A stretch of DNA of 64,000 nucleotides, from positions 13,240,948-13,304,947 of the forward strand of contig NC_092673.1 in NCBI RefSeq assembly GCF_964355755.1, in the 5' to 3' direction. Numbering within the stretch: the stretch's first letter is position 1; each line of letters starts with the position of its first letter. The translations under genes were made by a program, and so were the position numbers. This stretch comes from Antedon mediterranea (Eukaryota > Animalia > Echinodermata). The notes under the pieces are model-generated. The model was not told the DNA's origin and made no database searches. It worked only from the letters and a program-made list of their open reading frames with translations. Shown in pieces: positions 26,501 to 39,219 of this stretch.

Positions 26501-27669
26501 AATTTAACCTTTGGCTGTTGGAATTGATAACCACAATTTATGTAATGAATATTATTGCAGGAATTCAATTGGAATAACATTACATACAGTTTTATATAAA
26601 CACCAACATGCACAGAACATTAATTCTAAACCGCCTAAATTAAATAATTTGAAATGGATGTGAGAATGAGAAAAAGTCGTCAAAAAAAAAAACCCTCTAC
26701 TTGATATGCAGATGTTCTAACCATTTTTCAAGTTAAACTATATAAATATTTGAGATAAATTTATTCTTACCCTTCCTTGTGTGTAGATTTTGTGTTGGCT
26801 TGTTCGCTTTAGTATGCAAGTCAATATTAGCCATCTAAAAAATAACATTTTAATTATTACTAACATTTTTAAACGTATTTTCTTAATTTAATTATACATA
26901 GTAGTACTGGTAGTAGGCTAGAAAGCCACTCCGAGAGTGCATACCTGGGCCTACTGTAAAATTCTCCTACATAAGATTTCTCCGGTAAAAATATATAAAA
27001 TAGGTTTTTTTAAACTACTCACATCAAAAAACGTGCACATTAAATAAAATTATGTTTTGAAATTACAAATCATAAATTATAACTCTTGCCTCTTGTACAA
27101 AAATGAAGTTTTTTGGACAAGTAGTTTTCGAGAAAATGGAATTACAGATTACTTGTTACTTTAAGACTGCTCGCCGGCTTTTGAAAAAATTTGTCCTATC
27201 TTTTAACACTAGCAGGTCTGAAAAGTATACTAAAAAGTGGTCCAGAATTGGGACCGTGGTCCAAAATGGTCCCAATAATCTGATTCTTCAGAGACAAAAA
27301 AAAATATGTAAAAATTTAACTTAATATATTTACAAAAATATTGTTGGTGCTGAAAGAAACTCATCAGTTGTTCCACTGGTGTCACCTAATAGCATAAAGA
27401 CACTTAAGTAAAGACACTTAAGTAATCTTTCAGTTGGTCTATTCCATTGTGTATGTCTTCTGCCTTGTTTTCTAGGTCTTTGATTTCATTTGTCATGGCA
27501 ACGACTACCAATATCCCCACATTCTTAGTTTTGAAGCAATGCACTATCAGTAGACTTTAAAATGATCCAGTCTGACAAGTTGCCTCAAGACTGGTGAAAT
27601 GTTTTAAATATAAGCCTAGGCTTATATGTAAGCCAGGAGCATCTATATAAAAATGTGAGGGAACAAAAT

Positions 27670-29215
27670 AATTACCTTGTTTTATGAAATTTAAGAGTCA
27701 CGCAAGCTCTCTGAACCTGTCAAAGTCTTCCTTCAGAGTGTCCAGTGTCCTTGGAAGTTTTGATTTGGTTTTTTTTTGGTTGCATGGCACCACAAGCAGT
27801 AATGTCGTCCTTGAAAACAAAATTTAATACACATTTGCTTTCAAATATCCATCATTTATTAATTGCTAATATTTGCAGTACTGTACCTGTAATACATATA
27901 TTTTTTGTTTACCGTTTGCACCTGTTAGGCCACATATACGAGCCAAATACTCGTAGTCGCCAAATACGAACACTTTGACTTGTTTTCCCCTATTAAGAAA
28001 ATGAAGCCAGTTAATAATTTGTCTTAATTCACACAAATATATTTGTAAAATTGTATTTGTGCAATATTTTACTTTGACAGATAAATGGTATATTTACGTT
28101 AATGTGGAATTTTGCAGCTCTTCGAGTTGAGGCAAATCCTTGAGACCAGTTCTTAAGTTAAAACTAGAATCGGTTGCCTCAAAGCAATTGATGATGATGG
28201 TATTATTTTGGGCATTGGGGCGTAGTACATTGCAAAGCTAAAGCATCTGCTTAAAATGTCCACCACCCTTATCCCCTCTGATCTTTATCCACATTTGATC
28301 TGATGGAATGTGGCCATCGTGCCATGTTAGAATATTTAATCTGTAAAAGGTATTGATATTTATTTGATTCATTTTAAAAATTCAGTAACTAAATTAAATC
28401 TGTTAATGAAAGCAAATATAAAACCTACTTTTCTAGTTCATCATATTGCTGGCAGATTTTGTTGTTGAGACTTGCAACAGAAACACATGTCGTTGCATGA
28501 ATATTCCATAGGGACGTATTGAGAAATTAGGTTGTCGTCAATAATGATGTTTTTTTGGTGCCTCATTTTTGCCTCGCATTCTGTGCGGACGCCATAATTT
28601 TTTTAGCTACTGTAGCTTTAAAAAAAAAATAAAAATATTAAAAACTATAATGTTGAGGGTGTTCGATTCAGATACTGCAGAATGCAGATACTGCAGAATG
28701 TTGATTTGTTATTTACCATTTCAGTTCTCTGCTTTTTTTATGTTAGGCCAAGATTGGTTTTTAAAGATAGCAAACACCAGTTGGAAGATGTGTCGGACTT
28801 TTAAATTGAGAAAACTCACCATCTCTTTGAGAACCGAACATCATCGATGAATTTACTTCTGTTGTGAACAGTTCTCCAACCTTTTTCTTGTTGGCATCGC
28901 CATTGCTTTTAGTTTCTGGTTTAAAAAAAAATTAATACATTTCTATAGTTGGTGTTATTTTTAGTAATAAATTTAAGTACAGTTGTTAGTTTTTATTAAA
29001 TTTAAGTTTTAAGTTTTTCTAATACTGTAATTAACAATTTGATTATAAAGTAATAACCATTAAAAAAGTACTTTTCCTTTAACACTAAACTCAGTTGTGT
29101 TTGTTCGACTGTTTAAATTTTGCTTTTAGGATGTGTAGACCAACTTATAATAAATACGTTCTCCTTACCATGTATTTCCAATTCAATTGGTAATGCTAAA
29201 TCCTCTTCATCTAAA
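27670..29215 (-). pseudogene. Second, distinct Chapaev/RAG1-related transposase core relic
   Basis: LTWHDGHIPSDQMWIKIRGDKGGGHFK..NVLRPNAQNNT..FEATDS (28100-28340) and PRTLDTLKEDFDRF (27705-27760), with introns. Confidence 0.72.
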
Positions 29216-29288
29216 AAAAAACCAAACAAATTAGAAAAACAAAAGCATAGCATACAAATAGCATAATTTTGTATTCTTAATTTTTAAG

Positions 29289-29596
29289 GTACGTCAGGAT
29301 AAGTCCAGAAAGATTAAATGAACTTCTGAAGATAGTAGCGCCCCACATCAAAGAAAGAAAAATTAGAGGGCGCATACAAATTTCTAAGGAAGAATGACTT
29401 GTTATGATGATAAGGTACCTTTCTACTGGTCTTACAATCGTTCAATTTCAGAATGGGGCGATCGACAGTAGCTAACATTATTAAAGAGGTGTGTGATGCT
29501 ATCTGGTTGGGCCTAAAGTTTAAATACCTACGAATGCCAAACATACAAGAAGAATGGCTTGAAATTGCTCAGAAGTTCGAAAAAGATTGGAATATT
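29289..29596 (+). pseudogene. PIF/Harbinger transposase, 5' part
   Basis: YVRISPERLNELLKIVAPHI..ISKEE*LVMMIRYLSTG..FRMGRSTVANIIKEVCDAIW..EEWLEIAQKFEKDWNI. Confidence 0.85.
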
Positions 29597-29781
29597 AGAC
29601 AACTAAGATGCTAAGTGAGTGAACAGACGTGGATAGTTTGCTCCGTCTAAATATATAAATAATACATGCTACACTAATACAACGTTGGACAAATAAACCG
29701 TAAAAAAACTGTAAGTGCATTTAACTAATTGAATCTGACTTTAATAGAGAAATCAAGCACTCAAAATGGGAAAAAAAAAGC

Positions 29782-29956
29782 CAACAGACGTAGGCGCAAA
29801 ATCACAGGAGTCGCCCCCGGTGCTTGAAGCAGCCGAGGCGCCCAGCACGGAAGCACTGAGGCGCGAAATCCAAAAAACAGACGTAGGCCAACAATCACTG
29901 GAGTCGCCCCCTGTGCTTGAAGCAGCCGATGCGACCAGCACTGAGGCGCGAAATTC
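29782..29956 (+). repeat. Imperfect tandem repeat (about 93-bp period) in the LINE ORF1 N-terminus
   Basis: ACAGACGTAGGC..GGAGTCGCCCCC.GTGCTTGAAGCAGCCGA..CACTGAGGCGCGAAAT occurs twice. Confidence 0.85.
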
Positions 29957-30238
29957 AACAAATAGCAAGAGAATTGTTTGGTATACGTAACCAGCTGGAC
30001 ACGGTCCTAACAAATCAGAATACCATACTTGGAAGGATAGACAAAATTGAAAACAAACAAACTCAACTTGAAACATCAATTGAATTTGTTAGCAGTACGA
30101 TATCAGAAATGGAAATCAAAATGAAAAATGTAACTACAGAGCTTAGGCGTATCATCTACTGTTGAAGCTGAAAAATCAAAGTGCTTATCGGTACAAAATC
30201 AACTGAACAAGTTTGAACGCTATTCAAGGTCTTTTAAT

Positions 30239-32638
30239 TTGCGATTTGGTGGCTTACCGGAAGAAATCAATGAAAATACAGCCCAGAAAATCACAGACCT
30301 GATTGAAAATGAGTTATGCATTCCTAATGTTAAAATAGAAAATGTGCACCGGTCCGGTAAGCCGCGAGGACCTAACGACAAGCCCAGGCATATCATCGCC
30401 AAGTTCATATATCGTCCCCAGCGACATCAAGTTCTCTCCAAGTTCTCTCTCACCCTAAAAAAGAGTAGCGTTTACTATTACCAACATGTGAAGTGCAGCA
30501 CGCGGGAATCTGTTACCCTTGACGTATGTTATTCAAACGTAAAACACGCATATTTAGCAAGAAAATTGCCGAAACTTGGTAAATCTGACCATAATTTAAT
30601 TATACTACAACCCAAGTATCGTCCATTAGTACAACGGCAGAAACCCAGGGTAATTACTGTAAAGAAGTGGACTCAAGATGCAATAGAACAGCTGAAATGC
30701 GAATTTGAAACTACGGACTGGAGTGTTTTTACGGAAAATTCAAACGGGTCAGACGAGGTAACGGAAGCGGTCAGTGCATATATTAACTTTTGTACTGAAA
30801 ATGTAATACCAAAAAGGAAAGTAAAAATCTACGGAAACCGTAAACCATGGATAAGTAGGGAGGTGACAGATGTTATTAAGAAAAAGAGACAGGCCTTCGA
30901 TCGAGGTGACGTAAATGAACTAAATAAAATCCAAAAGGAACTTAAACGAGTAATACGTAAAAGTAAACTAAAGTACAAACGTGAAATAGAAGAACATTTT
31001 GTAGGTAATGATATGAGTAAGGTTTGGAGGGGAATGAGGCAAATGAGCGGATATGCAAAATCGCCACAAGGAAGTGGAATTGTGTCAAATTTGACTAAAC
31101 AATATGCTAATGAATTAAATACTTTTTTTAATAGGTTCGATCGCTATAATTTTTCTGATGAACAGATCTTAATCAAAAGTAGGTTGGCCTTACCAGATGA
31201 AAGTGGTTTTGACCTTAAGACAAATGCGGATGAAGTTACCAGCCACTTTAAAGGTCTGAAAGCATCCAAATCAGCTGGACCAGACCAAATTCTACCCAAA
31301 GTTCTTAAATTATGCGCAACCCAATTGGCAGATATTTTTGTATATATTTTTAACTTGATTTTTGAAACACAAACCTTGCCAGAATCCTGGAAAACGTCAT
31401 GCATCATCCCAATCCCTAAACGACAAAATATACAGTGTTATAACGATCTTAGACCTGTTGCGCTAACATCCGTCCCAATGAAAGTCTGTGAAAAGATTGT
31501 TCTAAAAAGCCTGAAACCATTAGTTGCAGATTTTTTGGACCCACATCAGTTCGCTTATCGGAGAAACAGGAACACTGAAGACGCATTAATATACAAAAAT
31601 GAAAAAATGTATGCCCATCTTGACAATTGGAGAACATCCCCGTCTGTTAGGATTATGTACTTCGACTTTAGTTCAGCTTTTAATACCATCCAACCACACA
31701 TTTTAATTAATAAGTTGTTCGGCATGAATATCCCCAATTTACTAATTTCGTTCGTTTTTAACTTCCTCGTTGGACGTCTCCAGTTTGTTAGGCTAAATCA
31801 AAATGTCAGATCGGACATTATTCGGACAAATACGGGAGCACCACAAGGTACTGTACTTGCACCGTTTTTGTTCACATTGTATACGTCAGATTTCCAACCT
31901 AGATTCCCGGACTGTCCAGTAATTAAATTTGCAGATGATTCTGCTATGATAGGTTTAATAAAAGAGGATGACGATACAAATTTCAAATCTGAAATAGTTA
32001 GGTTTACGAAATACTGTGATGAAAATTTCCTGGAACTTAATGTAGCAAAAACCAAAGAAATGCGAATAGATTTCCGCCGTAAAAAAAGAAGGGAAATTGA
32101 GCCTGTCCAGATTAAAGGACATGAGGTAGAAATCGTTAAAACATATAAGTATCTTGGGGTAACGTATGACAATAACTTATCATGGGGAGAGCATGTAGAT
32201 CAACTAATTAAAAAATTAAATACTAGACTGTACTGTTTGAGGAAAATGAACGTTTTTAGGGTAAGGGAAGAGATACTTACTATGTTTTATTCATCTGTTA
32301 TTTTTTCAATCTGGGATTATTGCCTATTAGGCTGGGGTGGGAACATAAACAAAGGAGATAAGGGCCGCATATGTAAAGTGTTAGAAAGGGCATTAAGAGT
32401 GATTGGCTCGTCGGCGCTGACAGCGGACTCAGTCTACAATTGTCACTACGGAGAACGATTGAAAAATGGTTTACAGGCGGTCATGGAGGAGGAAAGCCAC
32501 CCCCTTCATTCGGATCTTCTTCGCTGCCACATTGGTAGAAGTGGTAGACTGAGGCCGGTGTTGGCGCGGACGGGTCGATACTCAAATTCGTTTCTCCCAG
32601 CTGGGATTAAAAAATTTAACGATGACTTTAAGAGGTAA
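30239..32638 (+). CDS. Chimeric 799-aa ORF: Crack ORF1 RRM part fused in frame to Rex1 endonuclease C-terminus and RT
   Basis: ORF track. The first 68 or so residues are ORF1-like (GLPEE..IENVHRSG..PRHIIAKF), the remainder is Rex1 ORF2. Confidence 0.75.
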   Translation: MRFGGLPEEINENTAQKITDLIENELCIPNVKIENVHRSGKPRGPNDKPRHIIAKFIYRPQRHQVLSKFSLTLKKSSVYYYQHVKCSTRESVTLDVCYSNVKHAYLARKLPKLGKSDHNLIILQPKYRPLVQRQKPRVITVKKWTQDAIEQLKCEFETTDWSVFTENSNGSDEVTEAVSAYINFCTENVIPKRKVKIYGNRKPWISREVTDVIKKKRQAFDRGDVNELNKIQKELKRVIRKSKLKYKREIEEHFVGNDMSKVWRGMRQMSGYAKSPQGSGIVSNLTKQYANELNTFFNRFDRYNFSDEQILIKSRLALPDESGFDLKTNADEVTSHFKGLKASKSAGPDQILPKVLKLCATQLADIFVYIFNLIFETQTLPESWKTSCIIPIPKRQNIQCYNDLRPVALTSVPMKVCEKIVLKSLKPLVADFLDPHQFAYRRNRNTEDALIYKNEKMYAHLDNWRTSPSVRIMYFDFSSAFNTIQPHILINKLFGMNIPNLLISFVFNFLVGRLQFVRLNQNVRSDIIRTNTGAPQGTVLAPFLFTLYTSDFQPRFPDCPVIKFADDSAMIGLIKEDDDTNFKSEIVRFTKYCDENFLELNVAKTKEMRIDFRRKKRREIEPVQIKGHEVEIVKTYKYLGVTYDNNLSWGEHVDQLIKKLNTRLYCLRKMNVFRVREEILTMFYSSVIFSIWDYCLLGWGGNINKGDKGRICKVLERALRVIGSSALTADSVYNCHYGERLKNGLQAVMEEESHPLHSDLLRCHIGRSGRLRPVLARTGRYSNSFLPAGIKKFNDDFKR

Positions 32639-32930
32639 CTACAATAATTTTGATAACAATAATAAATAATATAATATAGTAATTAATAATGAAATATAAG
32701 ATACTTTTTAAACCGTTTTGTAATGATCTGTATTTTTAACTTAAATATTTTTGAGCTGTAATTTTATGATGTACTTTTTTAATCATTGTGTATTTTTATA
32801 TTGTTATTCTACATTTTATACTTTATTTTTATACGATATTTTTATACGATATTTTTATGTGATAAGTGAGCAAATGCAATTTCCAGTTTATTTGGACAAT
32901 AAAAGTTATCTGTATCTGTATCTGTATCTG
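30444..32930 (+). mobile_element. 5'-truncated Rex1/Babar LINE inserted in ORF1 of the Crack-like LINE
   Basis: Uninterrupted YQHVKC..LGKSDH..NDLRPVALTS..DPHQFAYR..FDFSSAFNTI..TGAPQGTVLAPFLF..KFADD. (TATCTG)n tail at about 32907-32930. Possible AAGT TSD (30440-30443, 32931-32934). Host ORF1 resumes at 32931. Confidence 0.88.
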
Positions 32931-33517
32931 AAGTCATCACTAAAAAGCAGTAACATATATGTCATCGATGATCTCTGTGAGGCGGACCTAATTAAAAAAC
33001 GAAGCCTGAAAGACACAATGGCCATAGCTTATAGAGAGGGGAAAAGGCCGTCCTTCAGAAATGGCAACTTGTACATAAACGGAAGTTTGCACTCTTAGGC
33101 AGGACAGTCAAACCTAACGTTATTATTATTATTTTATAACTAACATTACTTATTTAGTAGCTTTTTCTCCACATAATAATTTAAAAGATATTTTCTTTTA
33201 TCACATTCGGTTAAACGTAGACGAGAGTAGACTCTGATACCATTGTTTATTAAATAACTGTTTTTTTGTTAACTTTTCCTTGTAGATTACAAATGCAACA
33301 CTTTAAAAAAATTTACTCCATTAGAAGTTTGGAATATTTTAATTTACATATTAAAGGCATTTTACTTTTTTTTTCTATTTTCGTCGTTTATTTTTATTAT
33401 ATATGTATATATATATTTATTATTATTTGTTGTGCATGGCAATATACTCTTATGAATATATTATGTCCCTTGAGACAAAACGAACACTATATTTTCTAAA
33501 AACAATTGCTTATTAAT

Positions 33518-35998
33518 ATGATTTGTATTGTATGTAGAAACGCTCTCATGAGTGGCGATATTAATCTAAACAGATGTGCATTATGTAATGGGTACGCACA
33601 TGCCCAATGTTCTTCCATAGATCCAGAATGGTACTGTACGTCATGTAATATTTCTCTACTTCCGTTTAATCATATACTCAATGATGATGAGTTTTTACAT
33701 GAAATAAAACAATTTCACGTAAACCAATTTAAATACATCCATTCCTTCTACATGTAGATATCATCTCAGCGATAACTTTAATAGTTCAATTGAAAATATT
33801 AATAACAATTTTAGTTTTATTCATTTTAATTCACGTAGCCTGGTAAAAAACTTTACTGAAATAACTGAATATCTTGAAACTCTTAATCACAAATTTAATA
33901 TATTATGTTTCACTGAGACCTGGTTTAGTTCAAATACTGTACATACTTTATATAACATTCCTGGTTATACATTAATTTATTGTGATAGAGTAGATAAGAA
34001 AGGTGGTGGCGTCTGTCTTTATATTATGGACGATATTAATTTTAGAATGAGAGATGATTTGAGTTCTTTAATTAATAATGAAGCTGAAAATATCTGCATT
34101 GAAATAGAATTAAAACCAAAAAATTATATTTTCTCAGTAATATACCGACCACCAGAAAAATCCATAAAAACTTTTAATTTTTTAAATTGTATATATTCAG
34201 CTAATTTATTTCCCGTAATAGACAGACCCACCCGTCTCACCCGTACATCTGCTACGTTAATTGACCATATCTACTCTAACAATTTTCATGAAAATATTTT
34301 TTCAGGATTACTGTATTGTGACATTACTGACCATTTACCTATATTTTTTATTTCTCATACATCCAAAATTTCTGGTCAGAAATAATTTCGATTACAGATG
34401 ACCTGGATAAAGCTTATAATTCTTTTCACACTAAATTTATGAACATTTATGATAAACACATTAGAATATGTAAAAAAAAAAAAAAAATTTCGCAAGCAAA
34501 ACAAACCATGGATAACAAATGGCATTATATACAATCTGGCAAAGCCACTGATAAAACTAAATATACTGATTATAGAAACAAATTAACTAATCTAATAAGA
34601 ATAGCACGTAGTATACATTACAAAAAGCAATTTGACACACATAAAAATGATATTAAGAAAACATGGCAAACTATAAATTCAGCTCTTGGCAGAAATATAA
34701 AAAGTAAACTTCCAACATATTTTTTAGTAAACAACATAAAAATTGATGACGAAATTCAAATTGCTAATAAATTTAATAAATATTTTGTTGATACTGGCCA
34801 TACACTTTCACAATCAATTAACTCATCTCATTCAAACTTTTCAACATTTTTAAACCAACCCAACAATCACTCCATGTTCCTTTCACCAATCACTGAAAGA
34901 GACATAATTAATGCAACCGAAGAGCTCAAAAATAATAAAAGTCCTGGTGTAGATGAAATACATTCCAACGTTATCATTATCATTTCGCCAACAATATACA
35001 TCAATAAACTCAACCAATTCTCAACTCTTGCATGTTACCTGTGGGGTACCACAAGGGTCAATCCTTGGCCCACTACTCTTTTTAATTTACGTTAATGATC
35101 TTCCAAATGTTTCAAAATTATTTAATTTTATCTTATTTGCAGATGACACAAATGTTATTATTTCTCACGAAAACAAAAATAATCTTGTATCTATAATTAA
35201 TAATGAACTTAACAAAGTGTCTCTTTGGTTTAAAGCAAATAAGTTATCATTGAATATTTCAAAAACAAATTATATTTATTTTAATATTAATAAAAAAAGT
35301 AACAAACAGCTAACAGAGCAATTATATATCAATGGCAACCAAATAAAGAGAACAGAAAACTTAAAATTTCTTGGAGTCACTATTGACTCGGAACTAAATT
35401 GGAAACCTCACATAACATATTTAACTAAAATAATCTCGAGAAACGTTTGAATTTTAAGTAAATTGAAGTACATACTTCCTTTAAACATCTTATTTTCCCT
35501 GTATAATACTCTTATTTTACCCTATTTATCATACTGCAATGTTGCTTGGGCTACAACTGTAGATAAATTTACTGGATGCTGCCCCTGGACAGGTTCTGAT
35601 AACGCGAAAATTAATTCTCTCTTTAAATTACAAAAAAAGGCTATCAGAATCTGTTCGGGAGCACCTCCAAAATCTCATACTAAACCACTTTTTTATTCTC
35701 CCAATACTTTAAATATATTTGATATAAATAAACTCCAAACAGCTTTATTCATGTTCCGCCTAAATCATAATAAATTACCAACTCAATTTTTCGAAATTTT
35801 ATTCATTCTTACAACACCAGATCTTCAACTGCAAAAAATCTAATATACGAAAAGCATACCATATTACTTAGAAGAACATCTTTTATTTACAATGGACCGT
35901 ATATATGGAACAACTTACCGCTCAATCTAAAAGCAATAACCATCATAAATACATTTAAAACAAAATACAAACAAACACTTATTTCACAATTGCCTTAA
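33518..35998 (+). pseudogene. LINE ORF2 (PHD finger, AP endonuclease, RT) with stops, frameshifts and internal deletions
   Basis: CIVC..CALC..HAQC..WYCTSC; TETW; GGGVCLY; YRPP; TLIDHI; TDHLPI; GVPQGSILGPLLFLIYVND..FADDT; KFLGV. Confidence 0.88.
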
Positions 35999-36234
35999 GA
36001 CTGTTTTTTTTTTTCTTTTTTGTGCCTTTTTGTTTAATTTTATTTGTCAATTTGACGAAAGAAAGAAGTTTGTTTTTGTTCTCTCACTTAAATTAAATAA
36101 TTAAATATATTAATTATCTGGAGGACCAAACTTAAAGCCTTGGCTTAATGCGTCCTCCTCACACAATTGTATTTATTAATTTATGTTACTGTTCTATTGT
36201 ATTGTATTGTGTGAAACAATAAACTTGAAACTTG

Positions 36235-36420
36235 ATATTCCAAAAACACAATAGGTGCAGTTGATGGCAAGCATGTAGCGATTGACTGTCCAAAGTACAG
36301 TGGGTCTATGTACTATAATTACAAAGGCTTTCACAGCTCTGTGCTTATGGCAATCTGTGATGCCAAAGGTAATGATGCTGCAATTTTTTGGCAGTTTTTA
36401 AAGATGCCGAGTTAGGAAAG
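36235..36420 (+). pseudogene. PIF/Harbinger transposase, continuation after the LINE insertion
   Basis: [39 protein letters not shown] follows directly on from the 29289-29596 piece. Confidence 0.85.
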
Positions 36421-37361
36421 TTGAAGGTACCTGTTTCATTCCGATGTACACACAACGGTGGGGTTTCCCTAAAGAACATTGGTCAGGAAGGCAACTCTTG
36501 TTAATTATGCACTCTAATCTATAATAATGGGATTCGCGTAAATCAAACAAAAATCGGTTAAAAATAAAAATACAAAACTTAAAAATAGTATGTTACATTG
36601 AACATACCTCAATCAAATCGTGCGACAACTCATCGCGTTCTAATGGCCTTCGAACATAAATCAATCAAATCAAAGCATAAAACTTAAGTAAACTGTGGCT
36701 GATTAGCCTAAATCAATAGTTGACTCAAAATATCAAAACTCAATCACTTAAAACTTAAAAGAACCAAATGTGTGTCCCGTTGACACAAACTTATCCACAA
36801 TATATCGTTATCATCACAACTTTATCGATTTAAGCATTTTTATTCACAGGTAATTACGATTTCAATCAATCGACAAATTCGACTTTTGTGTTCAATGTCA
36901 AAAAAAATTACAATTAAAAGTACTAAGAAAATCTCCTGTTTTTGTATATCAATTAATTAATGCTTGAGATTAACGACTCAAAGGTTAAACAAAATATTTT
37001 TTACAAAATGATTGTCGTTCTTTTCAATATCTCAATATATCGATCATCAAAATTCAAAATTAATCTTTATCAAAAAAACTTGTTACAAAATCAATACTTA
37101 AACATAAATTCAATTCTCTTTTATTATTAAAAAAAATTCTTGCAAAAAATTAAGTCAGTAACTCGTATTATACAAACGTTTTATGAATCGTTTTGGTGAT
37201 CCACTTATCGGTATCTGTTTATCATTAATAATCTCTTTAATCAATTTATCTGTATCATTATATCTGTCAATATTCCACCAAAATTTGCGATCATTGGATT
37301 CGTGTTTTGTTTTATCAGTGTTGCGTTTGGCTAAAGTCGGTTTAGAATACGAAACTAAAAC

Positions 37362-39000
37362 TTAGAAATGTCCTGCTTTAAATCTACCGCGGTTTAATGT
37401 CATATTTGAATCAATAGGTGCTGTCATGATTAAATTAGTTTGTTCCTTAATTTGTTCTTCTTTCATTACTTTAGTTGGATGTGTAAGGATATCGGATTGC
37501 AATTGGGCTGGTGTCCTATCATGTTCGTCGACAAATTCAACATTGGTTTCGTCATTTACTACATTAATGGTGTTTTGGATTTTCTCATTATTATCATCAG
37601 TGGGTTCATTCAACAATTGTTTAAGTTTTGGGAGACGTGTAAAATGTTTGCGTTCTTTGGGCGTTCTCATAAAAAAAGGTTTCAGTCTGTTATAATTGAA
37701 TACGTCTCGAAGTATTTCTCCTTTAATCGTTGCTAGGATGTAGTGTGTTCTGTCTAATACTTCATGAATTACTAATGGTCCGACCCATTCTGCGGCGATT
37801 TTCTTTGAATTTGCCGTTAGTGATGATGATGTTGGCTTGTATATATATACGAGTTGTCCTACTGAGTAAATTGGGCTTTTTTCTAAGCGTTGGGAAATTT
37901 TTGAGTTTTGGACGTTTTGTTGTGTTCGCTGTAATTGTAGCATTGTCTGTGAAATGTTTTGAAATTTCTTCTTGAGGTGTTCAAAGTATTCTTCATAGGA
38001 ATGAGACAATCCTGAAATAGGGTTAAATGCTAATAAGGTCAAACTTGGAGGTTGACGGCCAAAAACTAATTCGTAAGGGGAGTGGTTTCCTTGATGTGGG
38101 AATGAGAAAGAATTATAAGCATAACATGTTGTTGATACAAATCTAACCCAATCTGTTCCGAATTGGTTAAGGTTGACCTTCAACAGGTCCGATATGGTGC
38201 GGATATGACGTTCAACTTGTAAACTACCGTGATTATGGACACTGATGATTTTCCTATCAATGTTAAGGGTGTTAATAATTTTCCTGTAAGGGAGGTTGCT
38301 GCATCTGAAATAAGACGAGATGGGGGTACAAAAATACTGATTACCTTTTGAATTAGTGCTTCACAAATAGTTTCGGCATCAATGGATTTCAAAGGTACAC
38401 AAATCAAAAATCTAGTAATTTCATCACATACTACCAAAATATGTTTAAAACCTGAAGGCGATGTTGGCATACTCTTGAAATCTAGACTGAGTGTATGAAA
38501 GGGACGGTAAGTTGCTGGTACTTGATCGTGTAAAGGACGTAATTTATCGGTTTTGGGGCGAAATTGTTGACATCTAAGACACGCTTGAGTATAATTGTTG
38601 ACTTTCTCGAACATGTAAAATAATTTCCTAATAGTTAGATAAGTACGCATCGTACCTTGGTGACTACTTAACAAATTGTTGTGATACTGAGAAATAATAG
38701 ACTCGGCTAAGTTTTCAGGAACAGCTAATTGCAATACAAATTCTTGGAAAAATAAACGGAATAGTAAACCGTTGCACAATATGTACTGCTCCGACTTATT
38801 CTGAACTGCACGAGCTGCTTTCTTATCAGCTGGAAGGATATCATGAGCTAAATAGTCGTAAACTGGCTTAAAAAATGGTGAAGTTTCTTGTTCAACACGT
38901 AATTGTCTAACATCTACTGGGAGGTTGTAATCTCTAATTATCTTTCTTTGAATAACATCCATTAATCTATCTAAGTCTTGTTGTTTTGGGATGTGTGCTG
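37362..39000 (-). pseudogene. Ty3/Gypsy integrase (frameshifted)
   Basis: HHCC finger (YH..SHQG..CLRC), LSLDF, LISDAA, AYNS..SPYELVFGR and a GPY/F-type WVGP..NRLKPF. Confidence 0.88.
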
Positions 39001-39219
39001 ATTTGGGATGTGTGCTGATTTAAATTCAGTTATGTTGGGTACTAGTTGTTTGGGCGATATATACAATTCAACTGGTACATTTCGATGTGTAGTATCTTTG
39101 CTTTGCTTATTTTTGTCTACTAGTCGTTCCTCTGGAGGTTGTCGAATGTTTACATTACGTATTGGGGGTGGTGTTACGATAGGTGGCGTTATGACAGGCG
39201 GTGATCGATGTGCATTTGA

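Larger units (their letters stand above)
29597..36235 (+). mobile_element. Near full-length CR1/L2-group (Crack-like) LINE, degenerate
   Basis: ORF1 (29766-30443 plus 32931-33098, coiled-coil/RRM type) and ORF2 (33518-35998). 3' stem-loop and AATAAACTTGAAACTTG tail. ATATT at both junctions (29592-29596, 36235-36239). Confidence 0.85.

Noticed and set aside
18187-29215. Bona fide RAG1/RAG2 (ProtoRAG) locus
   Set aside because: Pieces are on different strands, belong to several diverged copies and are disrupted. No RAG2-like gene or heptamer/nonamer TIR was recognised. Chapaev explains the motifs.
33930-33945. TACTGTA as an excision footprint in the LINE endonuclease
   Set aside because: The frame TETW..NTVHTLYNIPGY is continuous with the motif present, so it need not be an insertion.
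36420-36560. 3' LTR of the Gypsy element
   Set aside because: No similarity to 40700-41052 is visible; the 3' LTR appears to be lost.
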